DNA of 64,000 nucleotides from Gekko japonicus (lineage: Eukaryota): contig NW_015169173.1 in the NCBI RefSeq assembly GCF_001447785.1, forward strand, positions 959,182 through 1,023,181. The letters run 5' to 3'. Made by a program: the position numbers and the translations under genes. Shown here in pieces: positions 24,040-34,767 of the stretch (positions within the stretch are counted from its first letter, which is position 1; each line of letters starts with the position of its first letter). The notes beneath the pieces were generated by a model. That model had not been told where the DNA came from and made no database searches. It saw only the letters and a program-made list of their open reading frames with translations.

Positions 24040-24960
24040 AACGCGACGCCCAGCGTCGTACTAAAACAGGGGTCTTAGTTCAGCTGCCGCACTTCCTTCC
24101 AGGGCCCACAGCGATCTTCGAAACCGGGGAATGTAGGTCAGGGCGGCCGCAGTAAGGCAGCCCAGCCCTGCCTCCCGAGGCCTTCTGGGTGGTGGAGCGA
24201 GCAAGCGAAAGACATGCTGGTGCCTGCGCCCGCCGCGGCCCGGCCCGGCCCAACCCCCTCCGGCTGCATTCCACACCAGCTACGCGGCCCCCGCTCCGCC
24301 TCCTGCCGGGCCAGTGCGGAAGCGGGGAATTTCCTGGCACCACACGCGGAACAGGAAGGCGGAAATGAAAACAGCGCCGAGCCAAAATAGATGGGGGGAG
24401 GGAGGGGGGGAGGGACCGGTTCTCTCTTAAAGGCACAGCAGGCCCCACAAGCGGAAGGGGCTGCGGCGGGCCAAGGCGGCCGCGTCGATAAAAAGCTCTT
24501 GTGCTCCTTCAGACCGCACCCCTCCCCGCCTCCTCCTCCTCAAGAGCTGCTGCCAGCTCACCATGCCTACGTGGGAAGCAGAATTGCTCAACAAGCTGAG
24601 AGACACACGATTGTATCGGGCGCACAGCAGTTGGGTGGAGGAGAAAGGAAAGCCACGCTCCCTGGCTAGGACCGTTTAACTGCTGCATAAACGGCCGGCT
24701 TCTGCCTCCGAAGGCATACTTTGGAAGGCGTTAGAATTACGACTTCGCTCCTAAACACGCCTTGAAAGGGAGGCGCTGCTCTTACCCTTTCCGATTGTGA
24801 GCACAATGNNNNNNNNNNNNNNNNNNNNNNNNNNNNNNNNNNNNNNNNNNNNNNNNNNNNNNNNNNNNNNNNNNNNNGCTTTCCCGGTCCCGACTACGCC
24901 CGAGAAGGCCTAACAGTTGATTTAGAGGCGGCATCCAAAACCAATCCAGATTAAGTGGCC
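24040..24960. promoter_or_regulatory. Orphan CpG island, putative enhancer
   Basis: CpG-rich, with an NF-kB consensus GGGGAATTTCC at 24324-24334 and clustered CGGAA ETS cores. No recognisable coding exon. Contains an assembly gap at 24809-24877. Confidence 0.55.
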
Positions 24961-25895
24961 ATGTGGCCCCAGAGAGGCCAGGCGTGCTCGGCCTGATCTG
25001 TCTCTATCCTAACGGCAGACAGACGGAACTACAAAGCAGAAATAAAAACCCTTTCTATTCCTCATACTCCCCCGCTCCCAATTCTCCTATAATCCCTCTG
25101 CAGGTTTCCTCTCTACCGCAGGCACTGCCCCCCCCATCCCCCCTTTGCTTTATACTCCAGCTCTGCCCTCCTCCCCTCCTCAGGAGTACAGCTGGAAGTA
25201 GTCCGGGGAAGGAGAATTTGCCTGGAAGCCAGAAAATAGCAGTGGGGGAGGGGAGCAAGGCCTGAACCAACAGCTGCATTCCAGACTCTGGAACCTGGCC
25301 AAAGAATAGTGTCTTGAAGCAAACGACAGGCCAAAGCCTTCTACCGACATTTGATCCTTCTGGTTTGTGTAAAGGGTGCTGCTAAGACAAAACCTTTGAA
25401 TTAATGAAGAGTCACTGTCACCCTCTCCTATACTCCCAACACCAGCACAAGTGTCAGTCATCATCTTGTACATAAAACATGCATGATGTAGAAACAATCT
25501 AATTGCTATTTTTTATGTGCACTGATAGTAAGAGATGCATGGATTCTATAAAAGGCAATTGATCTGTGTCATCTTGAGAGGGCACAATTCCCATCTCTTT
25601 CTTTGACCCACTAGATCAGCAGAGGGCCTCCTATATCAGATAAATGCTGAGATAGCTTTCACGCACAAGTCCTTCGTAGAATTCCATGCTGCATGTTAGA
25701 AGCTGCCTGATCACATGCCTCTACAGCTCTCCACTTTGACATCAGGCTATAGTGGGAAACTGCCAATCAGAATGGAGACCCCTACACCATGAAATACATT
25801 TTTCCAGCCATCATTTCACTCAATTTGTTTCCAACACTTGGTTCAGAAAGCAGGAGCTTCCTTCACTTGGGTTTTATTTATTTAGAACACTTCTA

Positions 25896-26453
25896 TGCTG
25901 TCTTTCTGCCAAATTTAGAGTCCCCAAGGCAGCAAACATTAAAAAGCATTTAAAATGCACATAAAAACACATGACCAAGGAGGAAGACTAAAACTGGACA
26001 GCCAACTTGAGCAGTCTGGGGAAAGCAGTGAAAGCTCTCTATGTATTTGCTGGGCTAAAAGCTAACCTGGTGTTTGAGCAAAACGGCCGTGAAGGGTCCT
26101 CCTCCTCTGAGGTTAGGAGGACATCTCCATGGGTTATTCCCATCGTTGCTGTCTTTCTGCCAAATTTAGAGTCCCCAAGGCAGCAAACATTAAAAAGCAT
26201 TTCAAATGTGCATAAAAACACATGAACAAGGAGGAAGACTAATAGCTGGTGAGAGTTGTTAGGGTGCAGTTTTTTACCTTTTTAAACTGGACAGCCAACT
26301 TGAGCAGTCTGGGGAAAGCAGTGAGAGCTCTCTATGTATTTGCTGGGCTAAGAGCTAACCTGGTGTTTGAGCAAAACAGCCATTGGCACTTACCGTGAAG
26401 GGTCCTTCTCCTCTGAGGTTAGGAGGACATCTCCATGGGTTATTCCCATCGTT
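25896..26453. repeat. Tandem duplication (25896-26146 and 26147-26453) that includes the end of the DIRS element
   Basis: TGCTGTCTTTCTGCCAAATTTAGAGTCCCCAAGG...GGACATCTCCATGGGTTATTCCCATCGTT occurs twice. The first copy has two internal deletions. Confidence 0.9.
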
Positions 26454-27359
26454 CCCTTTAGGGAGGCAGGAAATACTTTTTTCTCCTTCCTGTTGGCGCC
26501 TTGGGAATAGCCCTGCCCCTCAGTTCTGGGACTCCGTAAGCAGTGAGTATCAACTAAGGCTAACTCCCCTGCGCCAAGCAGGTAAACTTCAAACATTAAT
26601 TGTGGAACTATAAAAACAGTACAAGAACTCAGAAGAAGAAGAAGAGAACAGCACAGTGAAAAAGGAAAAGACGATGGTGAAAGTGGGAGGGCCGAGATGT
26701 CCTCTTAACCTCAGAGGAGAAGGACCCTTCACGGTAAGTGCCAATGGCCGTTCTTCCTCTGCAGTGGAGGACATCTCCCATGGGACCTCCAAAAGCAGTG
26801 TCCCCTATATGGGTGGGTCATCATCGTCAGCCGAAGGGAGAATGTGCTGACGCAATCGTGTTTAGCTTGTAGTGATGAATTAAGGTAACGTCCAAGTAGC
26901 GGCCTTGCAGACCTCCTCGACTGATGCTCTATTCGTGAATGCCGCATTGGTTGCCACACTTCTCAAGGAATGAGCCGTGATCCCTTTGGGAATTTCCATT
27001 CCCGACGCCTGTCGAGCACTCGGGAGGGACTTGCCTCACGACGTCTTCTGGCTCCACAAAGGAACAAGAAGGAAAAGGCAGAGTAAAGAGTAGGGGGAAA
27101 GAAGCAGATAGAGAGAACTCTAAGGGGGAAAAGGTAGAGTAAAAGTAGAACAAGTTAAAGGAGAAAAGTAGATGGACAAAAACGCAGAGCAGCATCATTA
27201 TCGTCCAGCAGGTGAAGAAGATAAAGAGAAAGATGACAGTACCAAGGAGAGTAGGGCTATTCCCAAGGCGCCAACAGGAAGGAGAAAAAAGTATTTCCTG
27301 CCTCCCTAAAGGAACAATGGGAACAACCCATGGAGATGTCCTCCATCTCAGAGGGAGAA
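26373..27359 (-). mobile_element. Non-autonomous DIRS1-like (tyrosine-recombinase class) retroelement
   Basis: Inverted terminal repeats at 26406-26514 and 27253-27359, a terminal extension at 26373-26405, and an internal complementary region at 26695-26784 that joins copies of both termini. No RT or YR ORF. Confidence 0.8.
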
Positions 27360-28446
27360 GATGTTGTTCACACAACTGAGACAACCTGGCATTGTATCCA
27401 AAGGATCTTTAATAACCATCCTGTTATTGACAGCTAAGTGTGTACTCCCAAATTATGCAACACTGCGTGGGCAAACAGATTTCAGACTGCCTGAGAAAAA
27501 TGCCCTCTCCCTTCACCAAGGACTACATTGTGCTCTATAAGAACAGACATCAGTAGAGACAAATTATCCTTTCACCAAGGAGGAGACATGGGCTGAGGGT
27601 TTTGCAGATAGGACATCACCACAGCAGAGATAGACAGCCTGGAGATGAGAGAGGGAAAGACATAAGTAGAGCACAGTCCTACTATTACTCTGTCAATAGC
27701 AACCAAGTTTTGATATCAACAAAATGAATTATGAAATATGAAGGAAGGACCTCAAAATGCATTTCAGCTCTAAGAACCTTTATAAGATAGGTTTGCCAAA
27801 AACCTTTGCCATACTACATGTTACATATTGAACGATCAATTTCTTGGCTTCTACTTTGATCATTCTTCCCTTATGAAAGTACTATGTACTGCTGCCCTTA
27901 GGAGGTGTGCACACTCACGCAGGGAAGACCATTGTAAGTAAGAGATGAAAGGTGCCACAGAAGGAGGGAGGCCCAGTTGTAAAGGGGGGCATGGCTCAAG
28001 TTGGCACAGCATGACCTACACAAAAGGAAGTAGAAATAAATATTCTTTGCAGTGAGACTGTGGTTGCACAGAAGAGTAGACTATATAGGGGCTTCCAGGC
28101 ATACCTGCATATAGAAGGTAGCAGAAGGGTACCTCATGTTTTACAGTTGCTTCAAAAAGAAAATGTAGTGCTGACTGCCAAATGGACATTGCATTTTTAC
28201 ATGGTTTTAACTCCCTTAGGTATTTATGAAAGATAATACCTTCTCTTTACTCAGTAGTAGTGATGAGAAATTTAGCCAGGAATTAATAAGATGGTGAAAG
28301 AAATGAATAGTTGTCTTACATGAAGCTGCTCATCATCTGTTTGGTGTCTTCTGAGCTCCTCGAGTTGGCAAAGCTTATAAATGAGCAGTAGACAGCAATC
28401 CATGCACACCACTTGAGCTGCAAAAACCCATGGGGTAAACTCTAAG

Positions 28447-28796
28447 CTGCGGTGGCTCAAGTGGTTAAGACGCTAAACTGCAGGCTGTGGAAGGTTGGTA
28501 GTTCAGCAGTTCGAGACCCGAGTGTGCCGCATGACGGAGTGAGCTCCCGTCTCTAGTTCCAGCTCCTGCCAACCTAGCAGTTCGAAAGCAAGAAATTGCA
28601 AGTAGATAAATAGGTACCACTTTGGTGGGAAGGTAACAGCGTTCTGTGCGCCTTGGTATTTAGTCATGACGGCCACATGACTACGGAAATGTCTTCGGAC
28701 AGTGCTGGCTCTTCGGCTTTGAAATGGAGATGAGCACCACAACCCTAGAGTTGGATTCGATTGGCTTTCGAGCAAGGGAACCTTTACCTTTACTTT
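28447..28796 (+). mobile_element. Sauria SINE
   Basis: tRNA-like head GCGGTGGCTCAAGTGGTTAAGAC...GTTCGAGACCCG, body AAATAGGTACCACTTTGGTGGGAAGGTAAC, and (ACCTTT)n tail. Confidence 0.88.
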
Positions 28797-30189
28797 TACA
28801 TCTCCACTACAGGTATAAAACTATCAAAAACATTCACCCTTGCTTATCTAGTGAAGACAGGAACTGATTTCGGTTTTAAAGAGGGATAGTTTCGCTAGAC
28901 CAAGCTCACTCAAACTCAGTGGCCACACAAATGATAAAATATACCTGACTTTAGAAAATTGTATGTGTGCTATGTGTTATCAAGTCACTTCTGACTTACA
29001 GCAACAAACTAGGAACGTATTAACAGTACACCCATAGCTCTCAAATGATAAGATGAACACATGATCCCTGGGCACTGAACCTGGGGTGTTCAATGTGTTC
29101 ACAAGTAGCACAAGTAAAACTTACAGTGACTTGAGAACTCAAGGGGAAAAAAGCATGCAACTGTATGCGTTTGTAATCTCATTTATGTCAGAAAAACCAA
29201 TGACAACAGAGAACCCAAACAGAGAGATCAGGAATTAATCAGATGTTCATGTAGTAACGCACAAATTCAAATAGGTATCAATATATCTAATTTTCAACAT
29301 GATTGGAATGTGCCCGAAGGCATAATCTTCAAATTTAAGGACAAGAAAGAAAAAATTGATACTGCAGGAAAGGCATTGGAGTTTTTGCAGCATCATAATC
29401 TTGGGGCTGCAGCCCCCCAAAAAGCTCATCAGTTGAGAAAGAAAAAGGATAGATGTTGAGTTGTTATTGTTTCTAGAAAGCCATATGAGTATTAACTATT
29501 TCTTATATTGTTCTTTATTAAGTCAAATGCGCAGGTGTTATCTATTGTTTCGATTACAGGATGAAGACCATGATTGACCACATACAATGAACTTTAATCG
29601 AACTTTAAGCTAGAAGCTAATTTTATAAGCATTATGTATGATCACCATCTCTTGGGTTTTTAGTGGGTTTTCTTTACTTTTTCCCTTAGATTGTAGTCCC
29701 CTCCCTATTTTCGTTGTAGTTTTTAGAAAATGCAATGAATTTTTTTTTTCTCAACATGATCACATCTGTGGCTATTTAAATCTGAAGACAGGAGCCATGA
29801 ACAATCAAGACATGTTTTTCTATAAACCTGAAAAAGACCCAAGTTTGCAAAAAAGCCCTGAAATCTAAAAAACAAAACAAAAACACTGAGGGTTTTGTTT
29901 TTTTGTTTTAAACCCAGTAATAGACCCTTTAAATAATAACTGCTTGAAGAAACAAATGCCCTCTGTGGCCAACGCTGGGCAACCACAACAGCACTGTTAG
30001 GTCAAGCCTTGGTTTCGGTCAGTAAAAGGCATGGGGAGGAGGCCCCTTCCAGGGCTGTTTGGCCTTTTAGGAAGGACTCACTGGGGGCAGGCCTGGCAGC
30101 AACCACCAGGCAAATTGCTACCACACAATTTGCATGACTTACCCAGACCTGGCTGCTTGCTACTGTTCAACAGCAGCCACCCCATGAAA

Positions 30190-30400
30190 ACCAGAGTGAG
30201 CTAATGGTCAGTGTGTCAGATTGGGATGGGGGGAACCTGGTTTGAATCCCCACTCTGCCACAGAAGCCTGCTGTATGACCTTGGGCCAGTCACACACTCT
30301 CAGTCGCAGCTACATCACAGGGTTGTTGTGAAGATAAAATGGAAGGGGATGATGTAAACTGTTTTGGGGGCATTGTGTGGAGAAAGATGGGTATAAATGA
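30190..30400 (+). mobile_element. tRNA-derived Squam3/MIR-like SINE; related copies at about 31460-31685 (+) and 43100-43235 (-)
   Basis: B-box GGTTTGAATCCC followed by ATGACCTTGGGCCAGTCACAC...CACAGGGTTGTTGTG. Confidence 0.65.
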
Positions 30401-33399
30401 AGTAAATATAGCTGAAGATAGGCGGGAGAGATAAAATGTAGGTTGGTCGGTGGGGGGGCAGGAGAGAAGGAAGCAAGGAATGGTGAGCATATGGGGGCTG
30501 CCTGGAGAAGAGAAAGAAGAAACAGTGTTGTGTAGGGGAAACTGAGCTGCCACTTGCAAGTCCTTGCAGGTTCCCCATCACACAACTGGGCCTGGCCCAG
30601 CTGCCCACACCATGCAACTTGGTCAGACATTTCCCAGGGAGAGGCTACCAGGGGTAGGGAAGGAGGGAAAACTGAAGACAGGTGTGTGTGTGGGGGGGGA
30701 GACAAAGATCGGTTCACTGGTGGGTGGAAAGGGAAGAAAGAGGCAGAAAAGGAGGATAGGATATCAGGGTTTTCAGGGAAGGGAATGAAGAAACAGTGGG
30801 AGGGCAAAATGAGACCCCGCCCATGTCCATGTGGTCCTCTGCTTGTTTTAATTATTTGCAATGGTTAAGATACAAAATGCATTTTTATGGAGTTTTACTT
30901 TAAATAAAGCACAGCTGGGGTTGAATGCTTTTTTATAATATGTCTATATGTAATCACAGGAGGTCACCTTTTTGGCACACACTTTGATATTAAACTGGAT
31001 ATAGCAGTTTTGTAGTGCCCTTAGCATAATTTAATTTTAACCTCTATGGTGATGAGAACAGTGGTAGTTATTGCAGGCAATCTTAAGAAAGGGTTTATCT
31101 AGATACCATAATAGTTATGTTTGGCACATGTAGACAAACCTATCAGAAGCCAGCTATCTTTTAGGGTGGCGAAACATAGGCCCAAAGACCAAATTGGATT
31201 TTTCTATGTAGTAAAATAATATGAAACAATACAAAGGGCCCATCTCTCCCCCATACATATTTACTGTTGTTGTACACATCTGAACTAAAATGATGCAGAT
31301 GGAGGAGAATTTGTATACAAAGGAGCAAGCATCTATGTCTGCATAAAGATGTGCACATCTTTCCCCCCCCGCCCCCCTCAGTGCACCACATTGATCAGTT
31401 GGAAGTTTGCTACATAGCCTTTTGAGGGAGAAAGATTCTTCATCCTAGTTGCAAGATGGTCAGTGTGGTACAGTGGTTAGAGGACTGGACTAATATCTGG
31501 GAGACCAAAGTTCACATCCCCACTCTTCCATAGAAATTTGCTGGGTGACGTTGGGCTAGTCATGCACTCTCAACCTAATCTATCTCACAGGGTCGTGGGT
31601 AAGGGTAAAATGCAGAATGATATCAGGCACTCTGAGACCCCATTGGGGAGAAAGGTGGGGTATAAATTAAGTATATAAATAAATAAGGGAAGGGATGAAG
31701 TTAATACAGCTTGGCTAGCTAGTGCAATGTGCTCCTTTACCCCAGAGCATACTAAAGCGATCGAAGTGTACAGCCACATAATATCTCAGTCCATATATAT
31801 GCTTCTACCACCCTGTTCTGTATGTCTCCATACCCTCTCCTATCATAGATTTTACAGTGAAAAGGACAATATAAAGACAACAGAAAAATCACTGTTAATT
31901 ACCAAATCCAATCCATTTTATTATTCTTGGCTAGACAGAATATGTCTTAGCAGTTTATCTAACTGCTCAACTGAAAACCCCAAATAACAGGAACACTGTT
32001 CCTGCTTTAACACTATGGTCGAATCTGTATTTGCATTTTAAATCATTTTCATGCTGCTGTGACGCCGTCTTTCTCTATGCTTGTTTGAATGTTGTTTGGA
32101 GAAGGTTCTTTTAAAGCAGTGTGGAGGTGCAATGACAGTGGAGCCGCCCCAAAGGATGATAAACATATGTGGACTTGCGGAAAGTATACTAGCACTGTTG
32201 AGGTGTGAAAATGACACCAAATGTAGACAGCTTTTTTGAAGATGGAGTCAAAAGGCTGGGACACTGGTGGGAAAGACAAATGCAGATTCCGCCTATGTTA
32301 CACTGACAAACCTTTAAAGAACATCAAGCTGGTTATGTGCCCTCATTTTGCCAATAAGTAAAGGAATTAGGAGCAAAGACTATTTTACAGGGCAACAATT
32401 CCACTCAATGGAGGTTACTATTTACTTGAACAAAATTATTTTAATCTTGTTTCTTTACTTTCATCATTACCTGGCTTATTTTGCAGACCTAAAACCATCA
32501 GTGTTACTGTTTTCTGTTTTGTTACATTTTAATACATACCTATTATAGTGAAAAATATACATGACACACTATATAAACATATCATACATTCTGCTGCTCC
32601 CTCATGTGCATTCAAGAAACACATCGAGGCTGCAACTAGTAGGAAGTTATTCACAGCTGCTGAAATCAATGGGGCCTTGAATTCGTGGTTACATCCATGT
32701 TGGATTTTATAGTGAAAAAAAGCTGGCTTTCACAGGACTTGAGCCTAGGCCTATAATGCACAATATTCAGCCAAGAAAGCAGTGCTCCTGCTCAGACATC
32801 AATCCATCTTCTATCTCAAATTGCACCTACATGAAGGACACTTGAAGCACAACTAGCACTGAAGAGGGATCCAGATATCTCTGCTGAAGGTAGTGGGCCT
32901 ATTATAGAAATATATAAAAACATTTTCTACATGCTCAGATTGCTTTATTTTGTCACAACAAGTCAGCTCCCCCAATGGACTGTAAAAGTACACCTCTCTG
33001 TGTGGAATGTGATGATGCAAACACTGCCACACCTATTAGTGTCTGTGATGTAATGAGCATTACAGCCTGCTCTGGCAATTGTGTAAAGGTTCTGACTTCT
33101 TTAGCTACCCTACATCATTGGAATATTCACATAGTTTTGTGCTTTTTAAGTGATTAAATTAAGACCTCCTCCTAATTTAGCAAAAAACCTAGCACTTTAT
33201 TAAGCTATTTTTTTTAAAGACAAAGTCAAATATACAGATCTACTTTCCAGTCCTGAAGGGCACAGATCCCTTGACTGACAACATCCACCGGCAACAACAC
33301 CTACACCCACTCCCTCCTCCTATATAGCGTGGACTGGATATCACTACTGCCTTTGAATTGAGACTAGAGGCTGGAGTTCACGTTGATCGTGAAGATAAG

Positions 33400-34160
33400 T
33401 CCCTCAGACTCACGTCGCTTCTTGCCCTTAGATCCTCCCTTTCCCACGACGTGTCACTGCTCTGTTTATCCCAACACTACTACTTTCTCTTGGCAAGGTA
33501 AATTGCTTCGGCTGTCTTTTCCGCCCTTTCGAATCCGTTGCCATAGCGATCTCATGGCCTTTCCTTCATGAGCCTCAGCGCCCCCTTTCGTATCACTACA
33601 ATCCTTCAACGCCGCACGGTCTCCTTTCGTGCTGTACAGGTCTTGTTCCCTTGCCGGGGCGTTGCCTCAATCATACCGAAGGCCCGGTCATTGGTGACCT
33701 GAGCACGCGGTTAGGGCCGCCGCGGGTCCGCCATGTTTGTTACTGGACATCGCGCAACCCGTCCCAAGCGGCTCCAGAGAGCCTCTCCAACTTCTGCTGC
33801 CTTTCAGCGCGATGGGGGGGGGGGGGCCCGCAACGGGGGGGGCAACAAATGCAGTAACACCGCAGTGCTCAAAATATTTAGTTCCAAAAAGATTACGCGA
33901 ACTCTGATTGACGAACGCTTATGCTGGTCCTGTTTTATTTTGCTTCCTCGTCCGTACTGATTCAGGTAACTGTGGGACTGTCTTTTCTTGGGAAATATCC
34001 GCGGTTGCTCTACTGAAAGGCGAAGGAGGGAGAGGAGACCCGCGGAGAACAAGCGGAACTAAAGGCACTGCGCCCAGTAGCTATGCGCTCTGAGGAGCCA
34101 ATGAGGATGAACTTTGTGCTTTTTCTGTAATTTTTTCCCTCGCTTGTTGTTTCGGTCCGG
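33400..34160. promoter_or_regulatory. Bidirectional CpG-island promoter of WDR83OS and WDR83
   Basis: CpG-rich region spanning WDR83OS exon 1 and lying upstream of the first WDR83 coding exon. CCAAT near 34098. Possible non-coding exon donor TTCAG|gtaac at 33965. Confidence 0.65.
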
Positions 34161-34767
34161 TTTGCAGTAAGCATTAAAGATTTAAGATATAGTAAGAGGT
34201 TTTACGTAAGGTTAGCAATCCCTATTAAATGAGACTTGGGTCTGTTGGAAAATCTCTATAAAAAGGCAATAGGGTTGGCCTCAACTGGTATAGATTGAGA
34301 GTTTTAAAGAAAATTGGGGGAGAGAATTCTCAGGGATTTCTTGAAAATATAAGAAATCCTAGATATGTATAAGTGGTTTATTCTACAAAAATGTCACTAA
34401 CTAGTTTGGAGCGGAATGGTGGAAAGAGGATCTAGTCGACTGACCAAATATTAAGGCAACATAAAGTAGTCTAGAGTGGGTACTCCTTTGCCAATTTTGC
34501 TTTCTAGAGATGCACTGTCTCTAGTTCTATTTACCATTGTAAGGAAAATTGTAACTTTGTTGGGTTTAGAGCTGAGGATTTATTTCTGTCTGTGTTCTAT
34601 CCCTGTGGTGTTCCAAGATGAAAAAACTACCAGAAGCAAAACATTCCTAACCCTTCAATCCAGTTTGGGATATTCCTGGTTCATGAAACTTTACAGTGGA
34701 TGTTGCTGTGTCATCAAATGTATGGGAGCATCACTCACAGCATATGTGTGAAACACATTACTTCATG

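Larger units (their letters stand above)
27572..33750 (-). pseudogene. WDR83OS: WDR83OS (Asterix/PAT10), disrupted. Exon 1 33699-33750, exon 2 not found, exon 3 28320-28417, exon 4 27572-27638
   Basis: Exon 3 reads [33 protein letters not shown] and exon 4 [21 protein letters not shown], both with AG/GT sites. Exon 1 (MSSNNMADPRRPNRVLR) is readable only after removing two single-base insertions. Confidence 0.88.

Noticed and set aside
26080-27359. CRISPR-like or miRNA repeat cluster
   Set aside because: The repeats are fully explained by DIRS ITR/ICR architecture plus a local tandem duplication, and the DNA is eukaryotic.
28447-28520. tRNA gene
   Set aside because: The A and B boxes belong to the head of a Sauria SINE.
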